Both the position numbers and the translations under genes were made by a program. From Eledone cirrhosa (Eukaryota): a DNA stretch of 64,000 nucleotides. The notes under the pieces are model-generated. The model saw nothing but the letters and a program-made list of their open reading frames with translations. It was not told the DNA's origin and searched no databases. Below are positions 27,344 to 39,933 of this stretch, piece after piece. Every line of letters begins with the position of its first letter. The stretch's first letter is position 1. The DNA is taken from assembly GCA_964016885.1 (NCBI GenBank), contig OZ024744.1:50778001-50842000 (forward strand), written 5' to 3'.

Positions 27344-27571
27344 CCCATCTGACACCAACACAAACCCACAAACCAGCTCTGGTTCAATGAAACAAAACCA
27401 CCTATTTTAAATATTTCCTATTTAAATTAAAATTGTCCAACATAATTTTAATATAAGAACCATATCTTATGACCTTAGTAATGGATTAGTTAATAATTTT
27501 AGTAAATCCCTAGAAAATTTTTAATTAATTAAAATAGAATGTATTTCATTAGAAATAGGTTCGTGAAGGGG
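27344..27571. mobile_element. piggyBac-type MITE (family 2), uninterrupted but diverged copy
   Basis: TTAA-CCC...GGG-TTAA ends; related decayed copies near 28505-28673, 40350-40530, 41100-41500, 44800-45250 and 46277-46620. Confidence 0.75.
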
Positions 27572-28956
27572 TTAAAAGAAGAAAATGATGCAAACAAAGC
27601 TACCCTTAATTTGAAGAAAACCATATGGAGGGGGGGGGGGTTGTTGCTATAGTAGCAGTTAACCCTGTTATAACCATATTTCTAACAAGGATATACAGTC
27701 TTTGTCTTTTAATTATATAAACTTAATATAAAAGACAAATATTTAACTACTGATCTGTCTTGTAATAATGAGATTTCAATTAAAATTTGAACACTTTAAT
27801 TATTGATGTCTGTACCACATGAAATGACATTAGCAGTACATTTTTGAAAAGTACAACACAGTACAGTGACTACATCACATTAAAGATACTATAACCATTT
27901 AAATTAACATACCACATGAAACCACATTAGCAAGAAATTCTTGAAATGTACAAAACAGCACTATGACTACATCACATTAAACATTAAAGTCTTTAGTTTA
28001 ATACTACAGATTTTCACAGTGATTTATCTGCAAGTAAAGTTACTATAACCATTTAAATTAAAATACCACATAAAACCACATTAGCAAGACAATCTTGAAA
28101 TACATAAAACAGCACTATGGTTATATCACAGATTTTCACAACAATCTGTTCACTAATAAAGATATTATAAACATTTGAATTAACAATTACATTTTTAGAT
28201 ATTTTCTGCGAAATCATTACAGGTTGTTAAGAGAGGCTTCATGTGTTTTGGTGTTTAAGGTTTAAAAATCTATACTTGTTCCTATAGTGTATGGCCTTAG
28301 CCAGTTTTTAACATAAAATATGTATGTCTTATACACCGAAAAATACCCTACTTTTTGCTTGCTGTGTCTCATAAGTCTAAAGGTATAAATATTTTTTATG
28401 CTATTTGATTGTTTGTATTCAAATAGATTCTTCTGTACTTTTTTATGAACCATGTTTTCAAGAATATGCAATCTCCAATTTTAATTTCACACTAAATACT
28501 TCATTTAACCCTATTGATATGAAACTGCTAGAAAACACCCCTGATTTTAAGATAGAAAATTGTTTTTTTAAAGTGTTTATATTTACTAAATCCACCAAAT
28601 TCTTTGTTATTTCCAAAATATCTGAAAATCATAGTCAATGTCTTTCATTAGGAATATGGTAATGAAAGGGTTGAAATGTTTATATCTATTTTAAAATCTT
28701 CCATTATAATTGTATGTAAAAATAAAACTTTGATAAGTTATGTTCTAAGCATCAGCTTTAGTCATTTAACTGTCATCTGTTAAACTGAACTTGCTACAAA
28801 GAACTAAGTTTCCAGTTGAAGTAGTTTATTCAATGACCGTTAATAAAGTACAAAGGGAAACATTTAAGATAGGGGTTTACAGTATTTAGTTATAAACAGT
28901 TTATGTTACCTTCTCTATGGTTAAGAAATTAACTGACAACTTTGTTAGGATAGTTA

Positions 28957-29175
28957 ATAATGGTTTCTTATATAGGCACAAGGCCAGCAATTTTGGGGGA
29001 GGGGGAAATCAATTAAATCGACCCCAGTGCGTGACTGGTACTTTATTTTATCAACCCTGTAAGGATGAAAGGCAAAGTTAACCTTGGCAGGATTTGAACT
29101 CAGATCATAAAGGGCTGTAATTCTATGCTACAAAGCATGGCGTCCGACCCTCTACCGATACTGCCAATCCACCAC
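28957..29175 (-). mobile_element. tRNA-derived SINE family B copy
   Basis: Reverse complement of 59578-59765. Confidence 0.82.
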
Positions 29176-31026
29176 TCTAGGGTAGTTAATAATAAGAGAA
29201 ACAATAAGGAAAAACCATCAGTAAAACCATTGAATATAAAGAAGTATTAAATCAATGGTATAAATGATGATAATGGTCTAATAATTCAAATGATACAATG
29301 GTGAAATAACAAATATATATGTTAAAGTAGTTATTGTCTTAACTCTCAACAACCGTGGAATATCTTTGGGGCCAACTAGTTTATAATATATAATTGTTTC
29401 TACTTTTGGCACAAGGCCAGCAAATACCCAGTACATTACTTTATTTTATCGACCCCGTATGGATGAAAGGCAAAGTTAACAATGGTTTCTAATTTAGGCA
29501 TAAAGCCAGCAAATTTAGGGAGTGGAAGTTGATTATATCAACTCCAGCACTTAACTGGTACTTTATTTTATCAACCTCAGAAGAATGAAAGATAAAGTTG
29601 ATCTCAGCTATATTTGAACTCAGAATGTAAAAAGCCACAACTAAATGTTGTTAAGCATCTTGTCTAACACTCTCGTGTTTCTGCCAATCTATTGCCCTCA
29701 TAATAATAACAATAATTGTTTCTTTAATTAGTCACAAGGGCTCATTCAATAGCACAACTGTTACAAATATATGAGTTATACTACATGTGGGGCTGGACAG
29801 AGTTATATAAAAATTATAAGTCAGGGATGTTGAACAGTTGAAGGCATTTTTAAAGGTACATATTGGACCTCTTAAATCTAGCAACCTTGAGACCATACCA
29901 TTGCTCAATTTTAGGAAAATACCAGAAAAATAGAAATTAACTTTTAAACAGTCCCTTTTTAAAACATAGTCTTGCCATCTCATTCCATACATATATTGAT
30001 GTCTTATGAAAGCTAGGACTCAGTTTAAAACATGATGATTATAATTTATATGATATGGCTGTTAAGATCAACTTCAATAGATCACCCATATGTCTTATTT
30101 AAAACAGAAGACTACAAAATAAAGTATACTTTCAGCTGGATTTGAACCAAGAACCCTCTAAGATGTGGAACAAAGTAAACACTATAATGTGTTTATTTTG
30201 ACACACTACAGTTTTGGCTTCCCCCTCTCCACCACACTCCCTAACAATTGAAACAAACCAAGCCAACAAAACTATTGTTATAAAGCAGAGGTTCTCAGAG
30301 ACCCAGGCCCCATTCCCCCACCCTTGCAATCCCAGGTTTCCTCAATTCTCCATCATTTTCACTTGTCCTCTAGTAATTTTTCATCCAAGTAACATATTAA
30401 CATGAGTATGGTTACCAACTTGTATAATGGATAAAAGTACCAGTGTAATACTGGGGACGATTCTTCCTCTATATCTCTTTCTCGCTTTCATTCTCTCATT
30501 CTCTATCCTTCTCTGGAAGAAATCTGCTATACTTAGGCCTCGAAAGGGGAAGGGCTCCAGCAGGTTTAAAAAATACTCTAGAAATGCTGTATGTCAATAT
30601 GGAGCTCCAACAACTACCTCAGAAATTACAGATCCATAACATAAGGGATTAAGTCTGAAGATGGAGTTTTTTGTGAACTATATACTCTGTAAGGTCATTG
30701 GCGGTAAGAAGGGTACCCAGTTGTTAGAAAACTTGTCAAACAAAAAGACAAGAGGACTTTTCAGTTATGTTGATGTCATAACAACCTCCTTGGTGTTCAT
30801 GCCTCAATAAGATGCACCTGGTGCACTCTGTAGAGTTTGGAAACATAAGTAAACTGAGCTACTGAAAGGTCAACATCTTCACTTAGATACTGGCTGAGTC
30901 TGTGATAAACTGTCTAACTATTGCTAGCAGGGAAAACATGTTTACCTTTATGGTTGAGTATATGGGTATTTCATTTGATATATATCCAATGTACAGTATA
31001 GTTGGGTATACTGGTATTTCATTTGA

Positions 31027-31695
31027 TCATCACCATCATTATATGTCTGCTTTTCCATGCTTGGACGGGTCCTTTTTAGCATGGCATCTCTCCACATGTC
31101 GCAATCCTTTGTCATTGCCTCTGTGAGTCTCGGTGATTTGAGGTCAGTACTCAGAACCACTGCCCAGGTCTTTCTTGGTCTACCTCTGCTGTGACTTCTT
31201 TCCACTGGTATTTCCTGACACTTCTTCACCCAATGATCATTGCTCATGCACATCACATGTCCAAACCAACACAGTCTTCTCTCCTGCACACTACCTGATT
31301 CCTCTTAAACCCACCTTCTCCTTCAACTCATCCAAGCTTTGTCTCTCTCTCACACTTGCATTGCACATCCAATGGAGCATGGTTGCTTCATTTCTCTTCA
31401 GTCTGCACATGCCCATGTTTCACCACCATGCAGCATTACACTTCCCTGAAAGAATCAGGGTCCTATCTTCTCTCCTACTCACTAGCTCTTTAGTTTTGGC
31501 TAAGTTTACTCTCAGGCCTTTTGATTCTAAATTCTGTTTCCATAGTCAGAACTTATTTTCTACTTCTTTAATGGATTTGGCTATAAGGACCAGATCATCT
31601 GTATAGAGAAGTTCCATGGACAGACTGTTTTAAACTCCTCTGTAAAAGTCTGGAGGACTATAATGAATAGTAGTGGGCTAAGAACCGAACCTTGA
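31027..31695 (-). mobile_element. RTE LINE 3' fragment, internally deleted
   Basis: Minus strand gives QGSVLSPLLFIIVLQ, LLYTDDLVLIA and RRLCWFGHVMCM...RGRPRKTW, homologous to the 37401-39064 element; (GAT) tail. Confidence 0.88.
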
Positions 31696-32394
31696 TATAT
31701 ATATATATATATATATATACAATATAGTTGGATATATAGATATCCTTATCATCATCATCATTGGAAGATAGACGTTAAATGATGATGATGATGATAAGGG
31801 TATTTCATGTGATATATATACAATGTACACTATAGTTAGGTTTGTTGGTATTTTACTATAGTTGGGTATATTGGTATTTCATTTGATATACATGTGTATA
31901 TACACACAATGTACACTATTCTTTCCTTGACTAACTTTCCAACCCTAACTAACTTTCCTCCTTAATTCTTCCCTTTGCTAAAATCCTTTCTCTGGGAGCC
32001 AAATGCCCCCACCCCAGTTCCTAGTTGAGAATCATTGGTACAGACAATAGGGTCAATCATACTACTTAATATACACATTATTTTATTGACCACAGAAGTA
32101 TGAAAATCAAATGTCACCCCCGTGAGATTTGAACTCATAATGTAAATAATAATAAATCAACCCCAGTGCATTACTGGTACTTTATTTTATCCTGAAAGGA
32201 TGAATGACAAAGCTAACCTTGGCAGGATTTGAACTCAGAATGTAAAGGGCCGTAACTCTATGTTGCAAAGCATGGTGTCCAACGCCCTACTGATACTGCT
32301 AATCCACCGCCATTTTAGATTTTAGATTTTATTTGTATAAATATTTCACATAATAAACAGGAAGAGAGAAAAAAATGAAATTAAGAGTAATAAT

Positions 32395-32521
32395 TGTTTC
32401 TACTTATGGTACAAGGCCAGCAATTACTCAGTACATTACTAGTACTTTATTTTATCGACCCCGTAAGGATGAAAGGCAAAGTTGGCCTCGTCGGGATTTG
32501 AACTCAGAATGGAAAGGGATT
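32395..32521 (-). mobile_element. 5'-truncated SINE family B copy with a perfect 17-bp target-site duplication
   Basis: AAATTAAGAGTAATAAT at 32378-32394 and again at 32522-32538. Confidence 0.85.
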
Positions 32522-32567
32522 AAATTAAGAGTAATAATGAAATACAATACAATACCTTGTTACTTTA

Positions 32568-32828
32568 GCCACAAACATGGTCATTGCTTGGGAGCAGAAA
32601 ATATCCAAATACCAGGATTTAACCGATCATTTCCTTTTGATACCGGTTGTTGTCAAAACTTCTGGTGTCCTCAATCTCCAAACTGTTAATTTCCTCTGTA
32701 AAATCTGGAGAAGTGCATCCTATCCCACCTAATGAAGGAGCCCTGTAAGGTGGATGGCCTATGCAGTGGGTATCACTGGTTATATCTGCAGCAATGATTT
32801 GGCCATCTTGTCCACAAGGCACAGCTGA
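32568..32828 (+). mobile_element. Decayed remnant of a restriction-like-endonuclease (CRE-like) non-LTR retrotransposon C-terminus
   Basis: Across frameshifts it reads AWEQKISKYQDLTDHFLLIPVVVKTSGVLNLQTVNFLCKIWR / GGWPMQWVSLVI / CSNDLAILS. This resembles, from memory, the K..KY..L....F.P.AVET.G......FL..IG...W..Q..S.A..RGNA..IL pattern. Confidence 0.6.
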
Positions 32829-33060
32829 GATTTTTACTGCCAGGGGTTTAAAGTCTGCTCTTCCATTGCCCTCCCCTTTTTACTCTTTATTTCATTTTTT
32901 TCTCTCTTCCTGTTTATTATGTGAAATATTTATACAAAATAAAATCTAAAATTTGGCATTTTGACCCCAGTTCTGCCAATCCATCACCCTATAGCTATCA
33001 TATATTTAACAACACATTAGTTTGTAATTATCTTCATCTCACTTTCTATCTTTAAATCTT

Positions 33061-33170
33061 CGTTGGAGATGCAGGACATGGCAGCGATAATGAGGGACAG
33101 AGACCGCTGGAGAGAACTCGTCCATGGATCTCGGGAATTTTACCCGCCTTAGATAGATAGATAGATAGAT
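33061..33170 (+). mobile_element. 3' tip of a second RTE-like LINE family with an (AGAT)n tail
   Basis: Encodes ...[26 protein letters not shown]; near-identical inverted copy at 39657-39747. Confidence 0.65.
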
Positions 33171-34611
33171 AACATCATTATCAGTTTTCATATATAACGA
33201 CCAAACTGTGTTTCCCAACCTTCAGGCCATGTTTGTGATGTTTACATCCGTGAATAGTAATTCACATTTATTGTGTCTTTAATTAGCAAAAGATGACCTT
33301 GTTGAACCTTGTGTGTAAATTAACCATTTTCTACCTGACAACTTGCAGTGGATTAATTATTTAGTTTTTATTAATTATTAGTATTGTTGTTGTTATTGTT
33401 TAACATTACTTCCAGGTTCACGAGTTCAAATGTTGACCTCCTTGCTCTCTCTCATCTCTCTCTCTCTCTCTCTATCTCTCTCTTTCTATCTCTCTCTCTC
33501 TCACACATTTATATATGTGTGTGTGTAGAGAGAGGGAGATGAGATGTTTCTAATTAAGACCTGTAAGACCATTATTCAACTTAGTATTCCTTACTTTAAA
33601 GAAGTTGAGTGTAGATGTCATTTAAAGCATCTGAGCCATATGGTCAAAGATAAACTATTTCTCATTCTACCTGGAAATGGTTTAAGCTTGATCATGGAGT
33701 TTCATCATCATCATAACTTAATACCTATCTCCCTCCCCCATTGCCCTCTCGCCAGAGCTCAGAGGGCTCTACTGTTGGCCAACAACCTCTCTAGTGATGC
33801 CATGAAAATGCAACTGGTATATTCTGTATGGGTGGTTAGAGACAGGAAGGGCACCTCACTGTAGAAACCATGCCTAAAAGGGTTGAGAGGACTCTTCAGC
33901 TGTTCCAAAGACACAGTAACTTCTATAGTATTGGTGATCTACATGATAAATGCACCTAGTACGCATTGTGAAGTGATTGGTGATAGGAAAGTCATCCAGC
34001 TGTAGAAAGCTTGGCAAACAAAGGATTGAGAGGACCCTTTATTCATGTTGAGGACATGGCACCTCCCTTAGTCTTGGTGATCTACACAGTAAAAGCACCC
34101 AGTACACGCTATAAAGTGGTTGGTGTTAGGAAGGGCGTCCAGCCAAAGAAAGCTTGCCAAACATGGGGTAAGGAGGATCCTTCAATTTGTGTCAACTTTT
34201 CTGCACTCAATAATGGTTTCTGATTTAGGCACAATGTCAATTAGGAATTGAATCAAGTTTGATGAGATCCAGTTTGGATTTATGCCAGGCAGGAATACTA
34301 TTGATGCCCTCTTTATAGTGAGACAATATATATACTGGTATCCACCTGTTGTGGTGGGGCCAATAACATTGTTAGGACTTAATGTGGCCTTGAAGAGAGG
34401 GTTTTAATGAGATTAGGCAGTATGTGCTATAGTTTTTGTAGTAGGCTATCCTTGCATAAGGTTCACTTGAAGATTCTACTCATGCTACAGAGCCATTTAT
34501 AAATATATGTATGTATTGAACAATGAAAATAAAACAAATGTCAATGCTAGTTTCTTAATTAGGAACCTACCATCGACTTTTGTTTTATTTTCATTGTTCA
34601 ATACACACATG

Positions 34612-34653
<42 letters not shown>

Positions 34654-34733
34654 TAAAACATAACCATGTTTTCATAGGAAATCAATTTCCTGATGAAAGC
34701 TAACTTATATATATGTATATATGAAAGCTAACT

Positions 34734-34835
<102 letters not shown>

Positions 34836-34902
34836 TTAGCTTTCATATATACATATATATGTTAGCTTTCATCATGAAATTGATTTATATATATATATAT
34901 AT

Positions 34903-35243
34903 GGAGGCACATGGCTTAGTGGTTAGAGCATTGGCCTTGCAATCGAAAGGTTGTGAGTTCAATTCTCAGACCGGATGATGTGTTGTTTCCTTGAGCAAGA
35001 CACTTTATTTCACATTGCTTCAGTTTACTCAGCTGTAGAAATAAGATGATAGGGACTGGGGTCCACATCATTCCACTGCAAAGTGGTCGTGGAGGTGCCA
35101 CGGCAAAAAAGCACTCACCACTCACTGTAAATGAGGTTGGTGTTAGGAAGGGCATCCAGCTGTAGAAATAAAGCCAGAATCAGTTCCCGTCCCACCCTTG
35201 CAAGCAGGGAAAAGCGGCCGTAAAATGATGATGATGATGATGA
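34903..35243 (+). mobile_element. tRNA-derived SINE family A, full length
   Basis: Near-identical to the 24159 and 61002 copies; flanked by (TA)n. Confidence 0.9.
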
Positions 35244-35898
35244 TATATATAAATACATACATGTGTTGTGTGTGTCTAAAATAAATTAAGTGAACAAGAG
35301 GATGGAACAAATAAATAAAACCGCATCATTTCGGTCTTCAGTCACCTATTAAGTTTTGACAGTAAGGGTGGTACTCTAAATAGGAGGCAGTGACCAATCA
35401 AAGTAGGCTAGTGACTATATATGTACCTATGTATGTATATATAGCAGGGAAATCAGAGATTAAAACGATTATGATGATGATATGTATATATACATGTATG
35501 TTATAGTTTGCTTGAAGCATTCTATTTAATATATAACGTTGAAAGAGATAGAAGGCTTAAACAATGCAAAATAGACTGTAAGATGAGGTAACGAAAAGTA
35601 AAAGTTACCTGGTAATCTTTGTTTTGTTGTTGTTGTTTTTTTATCTGTTCAATATTTCGGAACATATAAGTCCCTTCATCAGGGTTTAAGGAACCTTCTG
35701 TGGATAATGTTCCAATTTCCTCTCTTTGGGATGAAATTTTGATTTTGATTAAAAAATTTTCTAAGTCATTTTCAAGCGTTTTTCAATGGTTACTTCGCTT
35801 TCAACATGAATGATGTCTATTGCCAATATAGTATTTCATGAAATCAATTTTCTTTATTCTATGAGATGTTTAGTTTGTGTTCCTGTGGTTGTGTCTTT

Positions 35899-36430
35899 TT
35901 ATGTAAAGTACTGTGTCCTGAGTTCTAATCTATTATTTATTTTCGGGTTGAGTCGATGTATGAGCAAGGTTTCCTTAATTCTTAAATTGTCCACATTTCT
36001 ATCGCTGGCTTTAATGGTAATATGTTGGTTGATGTTTCTACATTTGTCAATGTGTTTTTTTAACCCTTTATCACTCATCTTACTCTATATATACTATTGT
36101 ATTTTTGAGGTAAAGTCTTTAATTCACACAATCATCTCATATAATATCGAATCTATAAGATTTTGATGTTATTTATTTTAACATCAGTATGAGTGGCTAG
36201 TTACATCTGGTTTGAACAGAAAGAGGTGAGAGAATTCTGGCTGGATATGGCCGGTTTAAATGCTAAAGGGTTAATAAGGATGTGTGTGTGTTGAGGTGTT
36301 CTTTAATGTGGGAGTGGAGTGCTCGAGTTGTGCTACCAATGTAGAACTCCTTACATTTGTTACATTCAATCTGGTATGCCACATATGTCCGCTGGCACAT
36401 ACCTGTGTCGCGGATAGGGCAGTTAGTCAG
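35899..36430 (-). mobile_element. Penelope-like GIY-YIG endonuclease fragment interrupted by a piggyBac-type MITE
   Basis: With the MITE and one TTAA removed it reads in frame LTNCPIRDTGMCQRTYVAYQIECNKCKEFYIGSTTRALHSHIKEHLNTHTSLLKKHIDKCRNINQHITIKASDRNVDNLRIKETLLIHRLNPKINNRLELRTQYFT*. Confidence 0.87.
36064..36270. mobile_element. piggyBac-type MITE (family 1), inverted relative to 5984-6193
   Basis: TTAA-CCCTTTA...TAAATGCTAAAGGG-TTAA. Confidence 0.88.
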
Positions 36431-36466
36431 CGACCATTGATATACATGTATATTTATTATCAGTAC

Positions 36467-36580
36467 AGATTAAAGTTTAAGCAAAGAATATCTGCTTTCA
36501 CCGTATAAGGGATCTTCTGAAACTGAGTTTCAGAAGATCCCTTATACGGTGAAAGCAAAAATTCTTTGCTTAAACTTTAA
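36467..36580. repeat. Palindromic foldback element (short form)
   Basis: TTAAAGTTTAAGCAAAGAAT..TGCTTTCACCGTATAAGGGATCTTCTGAAACT is mirrored on the right arm; same family at 53220-53792 and 55028-55165. Confidence 0.85.
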
Positions 36581-37400
36581 CAATAAATATTTCCTCTACG
36601 GTTTATATATATTTTGGCTGGAACAGGTAAAAGAGTATACATACAATCCTTTTGATCAGTAGAATAGCGTGACTGAAATTAACGTCTAAGTGACTGAGCA
36701 TTCGACAGACACGTGTACCAATAATGTAATTCTGAGGAAGATTTACCATGACAATGTGTTTGGCAAGGCTGGCAATCTGAATGGCAGGTACAATCCATCC
36801 ATTTAAAGGACTTCCAGACACTTTCTGTCTAGTTTCACTCACAACGTATGAGTCAACATGAGGCTAGAGTAAATGATATTGGCACAAGATGTCAGACACT
36901 AGGATTGAACCTGGAACCTAATGATTGTGAAATGAACTCCTTAACCACTCAGCCATGCTGTGTCTCTATACACAATGACACACCACACGCACCACATATG
37001 ATTTCTTTTGTCATGGCATTTTATTAAAATTGCTGTACACATCTGTTATTTGTTAAGGGTTCTGAACCTGTATGTCACACGTCACCTCTGTGCCACACCC
37101 CTCCTCTGTGCCACCCCCACCTCTGTCCTACCACCACCCCAATTAAATATATATTCCATGATATTAAATTGTTGTACTGTAATCATTATGCCATACCATT
37201 TTCTTAATAAGGAATTTATTCATTTCAATAGTTTTACACTATAGCAATTCTTGTCAGTATTTCTCTGTGTGTTTGTTTATATATATATATATATGCAAGC
37301 AGGGAAAAGTGGACATAAAATGATGAATGATGATATATATATATATATATATATGTGTGTATATATATATATATGTCTGTATGTTTATATATATATATAT

Positions 37401-39064
37401 CATCATCATCATCATCATCATTTTACGTCTGCTTTTCCCTGCTTGCAAGGGTGGGACGGGTCTTATTCACCACAGCATCTCTCCACTTGTCACGGTCCTT
37501 CGTCATCTCCTCCGTGAGCTTCAGCGATCTGGGGTCTGTTCTCACCACCTCCGCCCATGTTTTTCGTGGTCTACCTCTACCACGTCTTCTTTTAACTGGC
37601 ATTTTCTGGCACTTCTTCACCCATCAGTCATCTTCCATGCGCATCACATGTCCATACCACCTCAGTCTCCTCTCTCGCACATTACATTCTATCCCTTTCA
37701 GACAGTTTCTCTCTCAACACATTCATGCTGGGTCGTTCACGCACATTGACATTGCACATCCAACGGAGCATGCTTGCCTCATTTCTCTCCAGTTGCTGCC
37801 CATGTCTCACTACCATGCAGCATCGTGCTCCTCACACAGGCATCATATAACCGGCCTTTCGTACGCAGGGAGAAACGCTTCTTCGTCAGCAGAGGAAGCA
37901 GCTCCCTAAACTTCTTCCAACCTGTCCTTATTCTAGTTACTATGGCCTCGGAACAACCCCCTCCCATGCTAATCTGATCTCCTAGGTACCGGAAGCTATC
38001 CACCACTTCTTTAGCACCTGCCTGCATTTGAAAAATGTGTCTATCAATGCGACTTCTACTGTCTAATTTCCCTGTACATCTACTGCATACGTATTTCTCC
38101 CTACCTGTTAGTTTGCCTGCTATCCCACTACATCTATTGTGTACCAAGGATCTGCATTGTGTGCATTTTATAGAATTTATGCCAGTTCCTTTTCTGCATA
38201 TCGAACATGGCAATTTCCCTGACGGAATCAGAGTTTTGTCCTCTTTTCTACTCATCAACACTTTTGTCTTAGCTAGGTTCACTCTCAGTCCTCTTGCTTC
38301 CAACTTCTGTTTCCATAGCCAGAATTTATTCTCTAGCTTCTCTACTGATTCTGCTATAAGAACCAGATCGTCAGCATAGAGAAGTTCCCATGGACAGCCA
38401 GTCTTAAACTCCTCTGTTATAGCTTGGAGGACTATAATGAACAAGAGCGGGCTGAGGACCGAACCTTGATATACTCCTACTTGTATCTGGAATTCCTCAC
38501 TAAACTCCATTCCTACCCTGACTTTACTGACAGCACCTTTGTACAAAGTTTTCACTGTCCTCACAAGCCATTCCTCAACACCTAGTTTCCTTAGGGACCA
38601 CCAGATGACAGATCGGGGTACCCTATCAAAGGCCTTCTCTCGGTCAACAAAGGCTAAGTATAGTGGCTTATTCTTCTCTAAGAACCTCTTTTGTAATTGT
38701 CTCACCAAGAAGAGGACATCTGTTGTACTTTTCCCAGGCACAAAACCAAACTGCATCTCATCTAGCTTGACCCTTTCTCTAATTAGTTGTGCTAATATCC
38801 TTTCTGCCACTTTCATAACCTGATCCATCAGTTTAATACCCCTATAATTGCTCCTCTCCAGAGCATCCCCTTTACCTTTGTATCTATTTATGAGAATACT
38901 GCTGCACCAGTCTTTGGGTATGACACCACCATATATAGCCTGATTGATGATGTGTGCAACCAGTTTAGTGCCTACATCCCCTGATGCCTTCAGCATCGCA
39001 GCAACTATCCCCGACGGTTCAGCAGCCTTACCATTTTTCATTTCCTTAATCGCCTCTTGGACCC
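37401..39064 (-). mobile_element. RTE-clade LINE, 5'-truncated: reverse transcriptase with a PHD-type finger and (GAT)n tail
   Basis: ORF 37779..39041 has NYRGIKL, QFGF, AFVDREKAFDRVPR, GVYQGSVLSPLLF, LLYADDL, FRYLG and LHGSETW. The C-terminus continues after frameshifts (RGRGRPRKTW). No APE endonuclease remains. Confidence 0.96.
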
Positions 39065-39078
39065 TATATATATATATA

Positions 39079-39525
39079 TGTCACTGGACCGAGATCTTTG
39101 GCGCTACACAGTAATACAGAAGACCCGCCTTACCTAAGTACAAAGTGAAACCTACTACAGTCAGTAGGCACCTCTCAAAAAATAAACCCCCGTCCCACTA
39201 CCCCCACCCCATCCACACCACCCCTTTCACTGTAAAGTTATGTTGGTACCACAACATCCAGTCCGAAACAAATGAGGCCGTGTAGTTGTCAAGACAAAAA
39301 AACACACAGTCCACGCTGTAATGTGTCCATGTAGGTAACTCGGTAAAAACCTCCCAGTCCACACTGTAAACATGGTTGGTGTTAGGAAGGGCATCCAGCC
39401 GTAGAAAACCCGCCAGACAGTCCTATGCGAGCAAGACAACCACTCTTGCCTCAACTGGGAAAACTCCCGTCCAAATCCATGCAAGCGTGGAAGATGGACG
39501 TTAAACAATGATGATGATGATGATG
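39079..39525 (+). mobile_element. RTE LINE 3' end (ORF tip, 3'UTR, (GAT)n tail)
   Basis: SLDRDLWRYTVIQKTRLT* matches the RTE C-terminus at 47880-48033; followed by a UTR with repeated CACTGTAAA modules. Confidence 0.82.
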
Positions 39526-39765
39526 ATATATATATATATAAACATAGAGACATATATATACATATATAAATATATATATATACACATACATATATATATA
39601 TACACACACATATATATATATATACACACACACAAATATATATATATTTATATATACATCTATCTATCTAAGGCGGGTAAAATTCCCGAGATCCATGGAT
39701 GAGTTCTCTCCAGCGGTCTCTGTCCCTCATTATCGCTGCCATGTCCTATATATATATATATATGT

Positions 39766-39816
<51 letters not shown>

Positions 39817-39883
39817 TATATACACACATATATATACATATATATATACACACATATATATACATATATATATATATATATGT

Positions 39884-39933
<50 letters not shown>

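Noticed and set aside
32556-32822. Minus-strand exon of a nested gene (ORF 32619..32822 with AG/GT-like sites)
   Set aside because: All three minus frames hit stops before the putative donor; the plus strand is better explained as a retroelement relic.
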